Of a stretch of 64,000 nt of DNA, positions 39,530 through 49,373 are shown piece after piece. Made by a program: the position numbers and the translations under genes. The notes beneath the pieces were generated by a model. It did no database searches. It was given only the letters and a program-made list of their open reading frames with translations, and was not told the origin of the DNA. Source of the stretch: Phenylobacterium sp. (GTDB taxonomy: Bacteria > Pseudomonadota > Alphaproteobacteria > Caulobacterales > Caulobacteraceae); assembly GCF_036402295.1 (NCBI RefSeq), contig NZ_DASWTE010000056.1:3513-67512 (forward strand). Direction: 5' to 3'. Every line of letters starts with the position of its first letter. Positions within the stretch are counted from its first letter, which is position 1.

Positions 39530-41680
39530 ATGGCCTTCGGCGCGTCGCAGGACCGGACCATTCTCGGCGCCGCGCTCGCGCGCGCCGCCGATCTCGGCCG
39601 CGCGCTCGTGGCGGACCCCGCGGCTTCCCGCCCCGCGCTGGGCGCCGTCTCGGCGCTGGTCGTCTTCGCCGCGGCGGTCCCTTTCGCAAGCTGGCGGTTG
39701 CCCGGCGCGTGGCTCGCGGTGATGGCGGCCCTGCTCGCCGCGGAGCACGCCTGGCGCGCGCGCACGACCGCGGGCGACGGGCTCGGCTTCAATCCGTTCG
39801 CCTGGCTGGCCGCGGCCGGCTACTCGGTCGCCGGTCTCTACCTCTCATTCTTCCACATCGGCGCCGCGCAGACGCTGGGCGTGACCCTCTTCGGCGTCGT
39901 GATGTTCCAGATCCTGGCCCGCGACTACGATGCGCCGCGCCGTCTCTGGATAAACCTTGCGGCGCCCATCGCGGGGGTTGTGCTCGTCCAGGGCGCGGCA
40001 GCGGCGCTACTCGTGCAGCGCGACCTGCCCTGGCAACTGGTGACGCTGTTCGCCAGTCCCTACGTCGTCTACGCGGCCCTGCGCGCGGTCCACCACAACC
40101 TCGACCGGAGCCGCCGGCTGGAGCGCGCCGCCACCGCACAGCTCGCCGAGAGCGAGGCGCGCTACCGCCAGTTGGCCGAGCGCTCGCCCGACATCATCAT
40201 CCGCTACGACGTGCAGGGTCGGCTGGAATACCTTTCCCCGGCGGCGCGCGCCTATGTGCCCGATCCCTCGGCGCTGGTCGGCCGCAGCGTCCGCGAGTTC
40301 CTAGATCCGAGCGAGTGGGGGCGCCACGACGGCTTCCTCGCGGACCTGGTGGCCGGCCGTCCCCTGCCGGCTGTGGAACACAGCGTCTGGCGCACCCTGT
40401 CGCCGAGCGGCGCTTCGGTCGTCCTCGAGGGCGCCACCACGCCCATAGCCGACGACGACGGGTGCTACGTCGGGGCGATGGCGACCCTCCGCGACGTGAC
40501 CGCGCGGGTCGCCCTAGAGGAAGAGCTTCGCCGCAAGACGGCCGAAGCCGAGGCGGCGGCCGTGGCCAAAAGCGAGTTCCTGGCCAACATGAGCCACGAG
40601 ATCCGAACCCCGCTCACCGGCGTGATCGGGTTCGCCGGCCTTCTCGAGATGATCGAGGACCTGCCCCCGGACGCCAGCCGATACGCCGCGCGCATCCATA
40701 CCAGTGGTAAGGCGCTGCTTGCGGTGGTCAACGATGTGCTCGACTTCTCCAAGCTCGAGGCGGAGCAGGTGCATCTCGACCCGCATCCGCTGGATCCGCG
40801 GGCGTTCGTCGACGAAGTCGCAGACCTCGTCCGCGACCAGGCCGCGGCCAAGGGGTTAGCCGTCACCGTCGCGCTGGCCGAAGACCTGCCGGCCTGCATC
40901 GCGGCAGACGGTGCGCGCCTGCGGCAGGTGCTGCTCAACCTCCTCACCAACGCCGTGAAGTTCACCGAGGCCGGCGGCGTCACCGTCCAGGCGCACCTGC
41001 TCGACGCAGGCACGCGACTCAGGATCGCGGTTCTCGACACCGGCGTGGGTGTCCCGCCCGACGTCGCCGGACGGTTGTTCCAGCGCTTCTCACAGGTCGA
41101 CGGCTCCAGTACGCGGCGCCAGGGCGGCACCGGCCTTGGCCTGGCCATCTCCAAGGGGCTCGTCGAACTGATGGGCGGCGAGATCGGCGTGGAGAGCCGG
41201 CCCGGGGCGGGATCGACCTTCTGGTTCGCCATTCCCCTCACGTCGGCCGCGCCGGCGGCGGCGCCCACCTCAGCGCCCTTGGCCAGCGCGGAGGTGGGCG
41301 CGATCCGCATCCTGATGGTCGACGACGTGTCGGTGAACCGCGAGCTGGTCGGGGCGATGCTCGCGCCCTTCGGCGTGGAGCTCGTCGAGGCGGACGGCGG
41401 CGCCGCGGCGGTTCAGGCCTCGTTGCGGCAGCCCTTCGATCTGATCCTCATGGATCTGCAGATGCCGGGCATGGACGGACTCGCCGCCACGACCGCCATC
41501 CGGGCCAACAGCGACCTCAACCGGAGCACGCCGATCGTGGCGCTGTCGGCCAACATCCTGCCCGACCACAAGGCGGCTTGCCTCGCGGCCGGCATGAACG
41601 ACCATATCGGCAAGCCGATCGACGCGGCGGAACTGCTCGGCGCGATCGCGCGCTGGACCGCGCGGAAAGAGGCGGCCTGA
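39530..41680 (+). CDS. Membrane-bound PAS hybrid sensor histidine kinase
   Basis: TM region, PAS, FLANMSHEIRTP, N/G boxes, C-terminal REC (DLILMDLQMP). Confidence 0.92.
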   Translation: MAFGASQDRTILGAALARAADLGRALVADPAASRPALGAVSALVVFAAAVPFASWRLPGAWLAVMAALLAAEHAWRARTTAGDGLGFNPFAWLAAAGYSVAGLYLSFFHIGAAQTLGVTLFGVVMFQILARDYDAPRRLWINLAAPIAGVVLVQGAAAALLVQRDLPWQLVTLFASPYVVYAALRAVHHNLDRSRRLERAATAQLAESEARYRQLAERSPDIIIRYDVQGRLEYLSPAARAYVPDPSALVGRSVREFLDPSEWGRHDGFLADLVAGRPLPAVEHSVWRTLSPSGASVVLEGATTPIADDDGCYVGAMATLRDVTARVALEEELRRKTAEAEAAAVAKSEFLANMSHEIRTPLTGVIGFAGLLEMIEDLPPDASRYAARIHTSGKALLAVVNDVLDFSKLEAEQVHLDPHPLDPRAFVDEVADLVRDQAAAKGLAVTVALAEDLPACIAADGARLRQVLLNLLTNAVKFTEAGGVTVQAHLLDAGTRLRIAVLDTGVGVPPDVAGRLFQRFSQVDGSSTRRQGGTGLGLAISKGLVELMGGEIGVESRPGAGSTFWFAIPLTSAAPAAAPTSAPLASAEVGAIRILMVDDVSVNRELVGAMLAPFGVELVEADGGAAAVQASLRQPFDLILMDLQMPGMDGLAATTAIRANSDLNRSTPIVALSANILPDHKAACLAAGMNDHIGKPIDAAELLGAIARWTARKEAA

Positions 41681-41701
41681 ACCCGGACAGGTCGCGTCCG
41701 C

Positions 41702-42700
41702 TCAGACCGTCACCACCACCTTGCCCATGGCCTTGCGGCTGGCGAGGTGGGCGATGGCCTTGGAGGCGTCGGCCAGGGTGAAGCGCTCGGAGACGTGCGG
41801 CTTGATCTTGCCGTCCACGTACATCTGCATCAGCTGGGCGACGCTCTCCTGGTGCTTCTTCGGGTTGCGGCCGACCCACGAGCCCCAGAAGACTCCCACG
41901 ATCTCGCAGCCCTTCAGCAGCGCCAGGTTCAGCGGGATCTTCGGGATCTCGCCGGCGGCGAAGCCCACCACCAGGTACTTGCCCTCCCAGGCGATCGAGC
42001 GCAGCGCCGGCTCGGCGTAGGCGTCGCCGATGGCGTCGTAGATCACGTCGGCGCCGTTGGGGCCGGTGGCGTCCTTGAAGAGCGCGCCCAGCGCCTTCTG
42101 GCCCTCCTTGTCGAATGGGCCCTTCGGATAGACGACGCCCGAGGCGGCGCCGCGCGAGAGGCACAGGTCGACCTTCTCCTGGCTGGAGGCGGCGGCGATC
42201 ACGGTGGCGCCCATGGCCTTGCCGAGCTCGACGGCCGCGAGGCCGACGCCGCCGGCGGCGCCCAGCACCAGCAGCGACTGGCCGGGCTGCAGGTTCGCGC
42301 GGTCCTTCAGCGCGTGCCAGCTGGTGCCATAGGTCATGATGAAGGCGGCCGCGTCGTCGAACGGCATGGAGTCCGGGATCTTCACCAGCCGATGGGCCTC
42401 GAGCGCCAGCTCCTCGGCCATGCCGCCCCAGCCGGTGTTGCCCAGCACGCGGTCGCCAGGCTTCACGTTGGTGACGCCTTCGCCGACGGACTTGACGATC
42501 CCGCTGATCTCGCCGCCCGGCGCGAACGGCCGGGCCGGCTTGAACTGGTACTTGTCCTCGATGATCAGCACGTCGGGGAAGTTCACGCCCACGGCCTTCA
42601 CCTCGACCACGGCGAAACCAGGTTTGGCTTCGGGAGAAGGAACGTCCTCCAGCACCAAGGTCTCAGGCCCGCCGACAGCCTTGCTGAGCAGCGCTTTCAT
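41702..42700 (-). CDS. NADPH:quinone oxidoreductase (MDR family)
   Basis: GVNFPD, LGAAGGVGLAA, GKVVV. Confidence 0.92.
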   Translation of the reverse strand: MKALLSKAVGGPETLVLEDVPSPEAKPGFAVVEVKAVGVNFPDVLIIEDKYQFKPARPFAPGGEISGIVKSVGEGVTNVKPGDRVLGNTGWGGMAEELALEAHRLVKIPDSMPFDDAAAFIMTYGTSWHALKDRANLQPGQSLLVLGAAGGVGLAAVELGKAMGATVIAAASSQEKVDLCLSRGAASGVVYPKGPFDKEGQKALGALFKDATGPNGADVIYDAIGDAYAEPALRSIAWEGKYLVVGFAAGEIPKIPLNLALLKGCEIVGVFWGSWVGRNPKKHQESVAQLMQMYVDGKIKPHVSERFTLADASKAIAHLASRKAMGKVVVTV

Positions 42701-42848
42701 GGACGTCTCTCCCAATTGTCTCTGATCGATTGCGCGCGACCCTAGCCGTTTCGAACAGCTGTTTGAAGGTGCGGCGATGCAGCAATTTGGAAGGAAGGGG
42801 TGTGTCACCTATATTCGCCGCCTTCCGGAAGGACCTCCGCACTTGGGC

Positions 42849-44000
42849 GTGACCCTCGATCTCAGCCGCGCGCCGGCGAAACCCGCTGCGCCCCCCAACC
42901 TGACGGGCCTCTCCCGCCAGGAGCTGGCGGCTGCGCTGGTCGAGCACGGCGCGGTGCCCGCGGAGAAGGCCAAGATGCGCGCCAGCCAGCTCTGGCGCTG
43001 GCTGCACCACTACGGCGTCACTGACTTCGCCCAGATGACCGACGTGGCCAAGGAGACCCGCGCGGTCCTGGCCGAGACCTTCAGCCTCGCCCGCCCCGAG
43101 GTGGTCGAGCGGCAGGTCTCGAAGGACGGCACCCGCAAGTGGCTGATCCGCATGGGCCCCGGCATCGAGGTCGAGACCGTCTACATCCCCGACGTCGGCC
43201 GCGCCGGCGCGCTCTGCGTCTCCAGCCAGGTGGGCTGCACGCTGAACTGCACGTTCTGCCACACCGGCACCCAGGCGCTGGTTCGCAACCTGACCGCCGC
43301 CGAGATCGTGGCCCAGGTGCAGGTGGCCCGGGACGACCTCGGCGAGTGGCCCTCACCCAAGGAGGACCGCCGGCTCTCGAACATCGTGTTCATGGGCATG
43401 GGCGAGCCGCTCTACAATCTCGACAACGTCGCCCAGGCCATCGACATCATCGCCGACCACGAGGGCATCGCCATCTCGCGCCGGCGGATCACGGTGTCGA
43501 CCTCGGGCGTGGTCCCGCAGCTCCAGGACCTGGGCGAGAAGACCCAGGCGATGCTGGCCATCTCGCTGCACGCCACCAACGACGAGCTGCGCGAGAAGCT
43601 GGTGCCGCTCAACAAGAAGTATCCGCTGAAGGAGCTGATGGCCGCGATCCGCGCCTATCCGGGCCTGTCCAACGCCAAGCGCGTGACCTTCGAGTACGTG
43701 ATGCTGAAGGGCGTCAACGACAGCCCGGCAGAGGCAAAGGCCCTGGTCCAGCTGCTGAAGGGCATCCCGGCCAAGATCAACCTGATCCCGTTCAACCCGT
43801 GGCCGGGCACGGAGTACGAGTGCTCGTCGTGGTCCACCATCGAGCAGTTCGCCGCCATCCTGAACCGCGGCGGCTACGCCTCGCCCATCCGCACGCCCCG
43901 CGGCCGCGACATCCTCGCCGCGTGCGGCCAGCTGAAGAGCGAGAGCGAGAAGCAGCGCGCCAGCGTGCGGCGGAAGGCCGAGGCGGCGGCTTCGAAATAG
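42849..44000 (+). CDS. rlmN: 23S rRNA m2A2503 / tRNA m2A37 methyltransferase
   Basis: CTLNCTFC radical SAM motif, MGMGEPL, AACGQL. Confidence 0.97.
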   Translation: MTLDLSRAPAKPAAPPNLTGLSRQELAAALVEHGAVPAEKAKMRASQLWRWLHHYGVTDFAQMTDVAKETRAVLAETFSLARPEVVERQVSKDGTRKWLIRMGPGIEVETVYIPDVGRAGALCVSSQVGCTLNCTFCHTGTQALVRNLTAAEIVAQVQVARDDLGEWPSPKEDRRLSNIVFMGMGEPLYNLDNVAQAIDIIADHEGIAISRRRITVSTSGVVPQLQDLGEKTQAMLAISLHATNDELREKLVPLNKKYPLKELMAAIRAYPGLSNAKRVTFEYVMLKGVNDSPAEAKALVQLLKGIPAKINLIPFNPWPGTEYECSSWSTIEQFAAILNRGGYASPIRTPRGRDILAACGQLKSESEKQRASVRRKAEAAASK

Positions 44001-44047
44001 CTCGGCCGTCGTGCTAGGGATTCGCCCGCAAGTTCGGGAACCCACGC

Positions 44048-44467
44048 ATGCCGATACCTTCGCCTGAGATCCAGGCCTTTGCCGCCGGGTTTCCGGTGTT
44101 CCTCGCCCACGCGGGCGTCACGGTCGTCATCCTGTTCGCGGCGGCGGCGCTCTACATCCTGCTGACGCCGCACAAGGAGATCACCCTTATCCGCGAGGGC
44201 AACACGGCCGCAGCCCTGTCGCTGGCCGGGGTGCTGCTGGGCCTGGCGATCCCGCTGGCCGCCTCGCTGAAGGCCTCGACCAACGTCATCGAGATCGGGC
44301 TGTGGGGCGTGGTCACGGTGGTGGTCCAGCTGCTGGTCTTCCGCCTGGTGGACATGATCCTGCGCGGACTGCCGCGGCGGATCCAGGAAGGCGAGGTGTC
44401 GGCCGCGGCGCTGCTGGTCGGCGCCAAGCTGGCCACCGCCATCGTCATCGCCGCGGCGCGCAGCTGA
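44048..44467 (+). CDS. DUF350 family membrane protein
   Basis: LTPHKEITLIREGNTAAA, four TM helices. Confidence 0.88.
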   Translation: MPIPSPEIQAFAAGFPVFLAHAGVTVVILFAAAALYILLTPHKEITLIREGNTAAALSLAGVLLGLAIPLAASLKASTNVIEIGLWGVVTVVVQLLVFRLVDMILRGLPRRIQEGEVSAAALLVGAKLATAIVIAAARS

Positions 44468-44482
44468 GGATGAGAGTGGCCC

Positions 44483-44576
44483 CGAGCATGCGGCTGCCGC
44501 ATGCTCGTAACTCTTGCTTGGAGGATAGACCATTCGTCGTGCCGAGAATGAACCAACCTAAGCGACGAATGGTCTA
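44483..44576. repeat. Two perfect inverted repeats upstream of the protease gene
   Basis: CGAGCATGCGG-ctg-CCGCATGCTCG (44483-44507) and TAGACCATTCGTCG-N23-CGACGAATGGTCTA (44526-44576). Confidence 0.75.
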
Positions 44577-44579
44577 GGC

Positions 44580-45407
44580 ATGCGCTTCCCGCGGCTGCCG
44601 GATTGGGTGGTCTACGCCGCGATCGTGGTGGCGGTGCTGTTCGCCGCCCTGGGCCGCGACGAGCGCACCGACGCGCCGCCGCCGCCGCCCAAGGGCGCCG
44701 AGCCGCTGGGCGAGGTGGTGGGCCCGGCGTCGCCGTTCGATCCGTCGGTGGTGGTGGACGTGCCGACCAAGACCGGCCCCGCCGCCGGCACCGCCTTCTC
44801 CATCGGCCGCGCCGGCGTGTGGCTGACCGCGCGCCACGTGGTCGACGGCTGCTCGCGGCCGGTGATCGTGGTGGGTCCGTCCACCGGCGTGGCGGTGCGG
44901 GTCTGGGTCGATCCGCGCGGCGAGGCGGCGCTGCTCTACACCGAAGGCGGCGCCGCGCCGCTGCCGCTGGCGCTCGCCCAGCCGCTGCGCCGCGGCCAGC
45001 GCGCCTTCCACCCCGGCTTTCCCCAGGGCGAGCCCGGCGAGGCCAGCTCGCGGCTGCTGGGCCGCGAGACCCTGGTCGTCCGCGGCCACGGCGCGCGCAA
45101 CGAGCCGGTTCTGGTCTGGGCCGAGACGGGCCGCACCGAAGGCCTGCACGGCACCCTGGGCGGCCTCTCCGGCGCCCCGGCGCTGGACGCGCAGGGCCGG
45201 GTGCTGGGCGTCACCATCGCCGAGAGCCCGCGGCGCGGGCGCATCTACACGACCGCGCCCGAGGTGGTGACCGCGACCCTGGTGGCCAACGGCCGCCGCG
45301 CCGACGCCTCGGCCACGGGCGAGGCGATCACGCCGCAGAACTACTTCATCGTCTCGGACGACCTGCGGCGCGAGTTGCAGGTGGCCCAGGTGTTGTGCCT
45401 GGAATAG
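44580..45407 (+). CDS. Membrane-anchored trypsin-like serine protease
   Basis: N-terminal TM, GTAF, WLTARHVV, GGLSGAP. Confidence 0.85.
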   Translation: MRFPRLPDWVVYAAIVVAVLFAALGRDERTDAPPPPPKGAEPLGEVVGPASPFDPSVVVDVPTKTGPAAGTAFSIGRAGVWLTARHVVDGCSRPVIVVGPSTGVAVRVWVDPRGEAALLYTEGGAAPLPLALAQPLRRGQRAFHPGFPQGEPGEASSRLLGRETLVVRGHGARNEPVLVWAETGRTEGLHGTLGGLSGAPALDAQGRVLGVTIAESPRRGRIYTTAPEVVTATLVANGRRADASATGEAITPQNYFIVSDDLRRELQVAQVLCLE

Positions 45408-46772
45408 CTAGGTCGCCGCCTGCGCGAGCCGTTGTTCCCTGCGATGTCGGGCGCCGAGCAACAGGCACAAGACCAGCGCGGGGACGCCCACGACGGCTGT
45501 CCCGGTGAAGAACAGCGCATAGGCCGTCATCAGGTCGTACGAGCCCTGCAGGCTTTCCACGACTTGGCCCGAGAAGCCCTTCAGCACCTTGCCCAACAGG
45601 GCGTAGAAGCTCGACAGCAGGGCGTACTGCGTCGCAGTGTACCCGAGGGTCGTGAGGCTCGACATGTAGGCCACCAAGGCCGCGCCCGCGAAGCCGGTGG
45701 CGACGTTGTCGACGATCAGCACGAGGCTGAGGTTGAGCACGCTGCCGCCCGCATAGGCCAGCCAGGCGAAGGCGAGGTTGGAAGCGGGTCCGAGGATCGC
45801 GCCCAGCACCAGCGTGGGCACGAAGCCCAGTCGCACCGCGCTCAGGCCGGCCAGCACGATCCCAACAATCGTGGCGCCGAGGCCGACGGTGGTGCGGATG
45901 CTGCCCACGACCTCCTTCGCAAGGCCCACGTCAACGTAGAGCGGTCCCACCATCGGCCCCATAACGAAGTCGGGCAGGCGATAGAGGCTGATCGCGGCCA
46001 GCATGAGCAGGGCTGCGGCGAACCCGTGGTCGCGGAAGAAGGCGATAAACGGCCCGACGATGGCGTCGACCAGGCCGCGCGGCGTCCACAACGACGGACC
46101 CGCCTGCGCCTTAGCCGCGTCCGGATGGATGCGCGACGGCTCGCTGGCGAAGAGCGTGGCGGTGAGGCCGACGCCGACGGCGAGCGCGCACAGGACGTAG
46201 GAGTTGTTCCAGCCGATCCTGGCTGCGGCGAGCAGGATCCAAGCGTCGGTCGCGAGGATGGCGGCCCGGTAGCCGAGTTGGAACGCGGCCGTGAGCAGGC
46301 CTAGGTCCTCGTCGCTCTCCGCGCGTTCGATCCGCCAGGCGTCGATGACGATGTCCTGGGTCGCGGAGGCGAACGCCACGAGAAGCGCAAAGCCCGCGAA
46401 CGCCAGGAGGCCGCCGCTCGGGCCGACCGCCGCCATGGCGAAGAGCCCGCTGCCGACGACGAGCTGCGAAAGCACGATCCATCCGCGGCGGCGGCCCAGC
46501 CGCCCCAGGACCGGCACGCTCACCTTGTCGATCACCGGCGCCCAGAGGAACTTCATGGAATAGGCAATGCCGACCCACGACAGGAAACCGATGGTCGCGA
46601 GTTCGATGCCCTCCTCGCGCAGCCAGTAGCCGAGCGTGTTTCCGGTCAACATGAACGGCAGCCCGGACGAGAACCCGAGCAGGAGGGTGATCAGCACCCT
46701 GGGCTGACGCAGCGCCGCCAGGACGTCGCGCCAGGAGTGGCCTTTCGGTTTCGGTGCGGCTTGGGCGACCAT
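45408..46772 (-). CDS. ampG: AmpG family muropeptide MFS transporter
   Basis: LGFSSGLP, KFLWAP, SATQDIVIDAWRIE, ATQYALLSS. Confidence 0.93.
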   Translation of the reverse strand: MVAQAAPKPKGHSWRDVLAALRQPRVLITLLLGFSSGLPFMLTGNTLGYWLREEGIELATIGFLSWVGIAYSMKFLWAPVIDKVSVPVLGRLGRRRGWIVLSQLVVGSGLFAMAAVGPSGGLLAFAGFALLVAFASATQDIVIDAWRIERAESDEDLGLLTAAFQLGYRAAILATDAWILLAAARIGWNNSYVLCALAVGVGLTATLFASEPSRIHPDAAKAQAGPSLWTPRGLVDAIVGPFIAFFRDHGFAAALLMLAAISLYRLPDFVMGPMVGPLYVDVGLAKEVVGSIRTTVGLGATIVGIVLAGLSAVRLGFVPTLVLGAILGPASNLAFAWLAYAGGSVLNLSLVLIVDNVATGFAGAALVAYMSSLTTLGYTATQYALLSSFYALLGKVLKGFSGQVVESLQGSYDLMTAYALFFTGTAVVGVPALVLCLLLGARHRREQRLAQAAT

Positions 46773-46805
46773 GGGCGTCCCGGCTGGAGCGCCTCCGGCG
46801 CCCGA

Positions 46806-48359
46806 TCAGCCGACCTTGGCGCGCGCCGCGGGCCGCGTAAAGCCGGGCGCAGCCCAGCGGGTCAGGGCCGCCCGCAGGCTGTCGGGCGACAGTGGCTTGA
46901 CCAGGAAGTCGTCCATGCCGGCCGCCAGGCAGGCGTGGCGGTCGTCCTCGAACGCGTTGGCGGTGAGCGCCACGATCGGCGTCGTGATCCCGCTCGCGCG
47001 CAGCCGCCGGGCGGTCTCCTCGCCCGAGAGGCCGGGCATGCGCATGTCCATCAGGATCAGGTCGAACGCGCCCACCTCGCAGGCGGCCAGGGCTTCCTCG
47101 CCGCCCACGGTATGCTCGACCTCGCAGCCCTCGCGGGTCAGCAGGGCGCGGGCCAGGAGGGCGTTGATGGGGTTGTCCTCGACCAGCAGGATCCGCGCCC
47201 CCGGGGCGGCGGCCGTGGCGATGCGTTCGTCCTCGCGCGGCGCCTCGCCGGCGGCGCTCGCGGCGCCGGCCGCGATCAGCACGCGCTCGGCGACCGAGGC
47301 GCGACGCAGTGGCTTGATCAGGTAGCCGGTGAACCCCGCGCGGCGGTAGCGGGCGATCCGGTCGCGCTCGTCGGGGGCCAGTAGCACGATGGCCGGCCGC
47401 TGCGGCGGCGGCTTCAGCGCGCCGCCGTCGGCTGCCAGGCTGGCGTCCACCAGCACAACGTCGCCGGGCTTGGTGCGGGCGACGGCCTCGGCAAGCGTTT
47501 CGGTGATGGCGGCCTTGCCGCCGCAGGCCTCGATCTGCAGCCGGGCGGCTTCGCGCACGATGGGATTGGGCGAGGCCACGCCCACGAGGCGGCCCTCGAG
47601 CGGCTGGGGCGTGACCAGGCCTGGAAGGCCCGCCAGCGCGGCTTCGAACCAGAAGCAGGCGCCGCCCTCCTTGCCGCGCACGCGGGCGGTGTCCACGCCC
47701 ACTTCGCCGCCCATGGCGCGGGCGAGCCGCCGGGCGATGGCCAGCCCCAGGCCCGCGCCGCCCAGGTCGGCATGCGCCGCGTCGGCCTGCGCGAAGGCCT
47801 CGAAGATGCGGTCGCGGTCGGAGTTGGAGACGCCGGGGCCGGTATCCTCGACGGCCAGTCGCAGGCGGCCCGGCTCGGGCAGGGTCGCGGTGATCAGCAC
47901 GCCGCCGCGCTCGGTGAACTTCACGGCGTTGCCGGCGAAGTTGAGCAGGATCTGGCGCAGGCGGCCTTCGTCGGCGTGGATCTGGCAGGGCGAGGTGGGC
48001 GCAGCCCAGGCGATCTCGAGGCCCTTCTCGCGGGCCCGCGGCGACAGCAGCTCGGCGACGCCGCGCAACAGGCTTTCCAGCTCCATCGGCGCTGGGTGCA
48101 GCTCGACGCGGCCGGCGCCCAGCTTGGCGAAATCGAGCACGTCGTTGACGAGGGTGAGCAGGTGCTGGCCGCTGTCGTGGAGCGCCGACACATAGGCCTT
48201 CTGCTCGGCGGTGAGCTTGGTGCCCTCGAGCAGGCGGGCCATGCCCAGCACGCCGTTCAGCGGGGTGCGGAACTCATGGCTCAGCGACGCGAGCTGCTCC
48301 GCGCTGATCTGGGCGCGGCTCGGCCGACGTTCGGACAAGGGGCGAGACGGTCTGCGCAT
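46806..48359 (-). CDS. shkA: Cytoplasmic hybrid histidine kinase, probable ShkA orthologue
   Basis: No TM; SHEFRTPLNG, CA domain, pseudo-receiver with GYLIKPLR, second REC; ampG/comM neighbourhood as recalled for Caulobacter. Confidence 0.8.
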   Translation of the reverse strand: MRRPSRPLSERRPSRAQISAEQLASLSHEFRTPLNGVLGMARLLEGTKLTAEQKAYVSALHDSGQHLLTLVNDVLDFAKLGAGRVELHPAPMELESLLRGVAELLSPRAREKGLEIAWAAPTSPCQIHADEGRLRQILLNFAGNAVKFTERGGVLITATLPEPGRLRLAVEDTGPGVSNSDRDRIFEAFAQADAAHADLGGAGLGLAIARRLARAMGGEVGVDTARVRGKEGGACFWFEAALAGLPGLVTPQPLEGRLVGVASPNPIVREAARLQIEACGGKAAITETLAEAVARTKPGDVVLVDASLAADGGALKPPPQRPAIVLLAPDERDRIARYRRAGFTGYLIKPLRRASVAERVLIAAGAASAAGEAPREDERIATAAAPGARILLVEDNPINALLARALLTREGCEVEHTVGGEEALAACEVGAFDLILMDMRMPGLSGEETARRLRASGITTPIVALTANAFEDDRHACLAAGMDDFLVKPLSPDSLRAALTRWAAPGFTRPAARAKVG

Positions 48360-48385
48360 GGCGCGCAAGGCTTAGGCATGAGGGC

Positions 48386-48400
48386 TTAACGGTCAGTCAA
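48386..48400. promoter_or_regulatory. CtrA-like box TTAA-N7-TCAA upstream of shkA
   Basis: TTAAcggtcagTCAA, one mismatch to TTAA-N7-TTAA. Confidence 0.45.
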
Positions 48401-48509
48401 GCGACACAGTCTCGTGCTACAAAACAACGCGTACGCCGCAAATTCACGCGTCAAAGTAGACGCGGCGCGAAAGCCGTCGTTTACTGCGCCTTAAGGACTG
48501 GAGTGGGCG

Positions 48510-49274
48510 TTGGCTGACATCACGAACGCTGTCGACGCTTTGACACCGCGGGAACGTGATTGCCTGCGGCTGGTCGACCAGCATCTCAGCTCCAAGCAGA
48601 TCGCCCGCGAACTGGGGATGTCCAAGACGTCCGTCGACACCTACTGCGATCGCGCGCGGCGCAAGCTGGGCGTCGACGACCGGTTCCAGGCCGCTCGCCT
48701 CCTGCGCGAGCTCGACATCGGCGCTGTCCTGATCGCGTCAGGACAGGACACGATCAGGACAGACACATCTCCCGAAAGCTGGCCGGATGCGCCGGCAACT
48801 GAGGGAGGGTCCCATGGGCGAGTGGCCGAGTTTCGAGAACAGAGCGGTTATCGGCAGGGCGCTTCGCCTTCGCCGGGAGATCGACGACTTCGAGGCCCGG
48901 TGGCCGGCGCTGGCGAAGCGGGAAGAGCTCCTTCCGGGCTTTTCCTGGACCCAGCTGGAGCGTCAGCTCGTGGACCTCTCGGCGACACCGGCCCAGGCGG
49001 ATATGGCGAGGCACCTGGTTTCCGCGACCCGGAAGCTGGCGCCTTTCAAGCCGTCCGAGATGGTGCTGCGCGAGATCCTCTGCCTGACCTGGGTCCTGCT
49101 CGACGAGAACTTCAAGGGCGAACCCGAGCTTGGTACGCCCGGAATGAGCTGAGCCCGGTCGCCCGGCTCGGTGCGATCGTGGTGATCGCCATCGCCACCG
49201 CCCTCGCCTTCGGGGGCATGCTGGCGGGGCTCCACGCTCTCAACGACCTGGCGTCGACGCTGCTGAAGGCCTGA
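48510..49274 (+). CDS. LuxR-type HTH protein with long low-complexity linker and C-terminal TM helix
   Basis: LTPRERDCLRLV...SSKQIARELGMS..SVDTY...ARRKLGV; C-terminal LGAIVVIAIATALAFGGMLAGL; GGAG RBS before TTG. Confidence 0.85.
   Translation: MADITNAVDALTPRERDCLRLVDQHLSSKQIARELGMSKTSVDTYCDRARRKLGVDDRFQAARLLRELDIGAVLIASGQDTIRTDTSPESWPDAPATEGGSHGRVAEFREQSGYRQGASPSPGDRRLRGPVAGAGEAGRAPSGLFLDPAGASARGPLGDTGPGGYGEAPGFRDPEAGAFQAVRDGAARDPLPDLGPARRELQGRTRAWYARNELSPVARLGAIVVIAIATALAFGGMLAGLHALNDLASTLLKA
48814..49152 (+). CDS. Nested hypothetical protein (112 aa) in the +1 frame inside the LuxR gene
   Basis: GGAGG at 48804-48808, ATG 48814, mostly G/C third positions in this frame, globular-protein composition. 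Confidence 0.75.
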   Translation: MGEWPSFENRAVIGRALRLRREIDDFEARWPALAKREELLPGFSWTQLERQLVDLSATPAQADMARHLVSATRKLAPFKPSEMVLREILCLTWVLLDENFKGEPELGTPGMS

Positions 49275-49373
49275 AGCGGCCTGCGAATTAACGCTAAGCC
49301 TAAACGGCCAAGTAACCCTGTTATCTGAAACTGTGAACGCGGCGTTACCAAGCGCCGCGCATGGAGAGAACTG

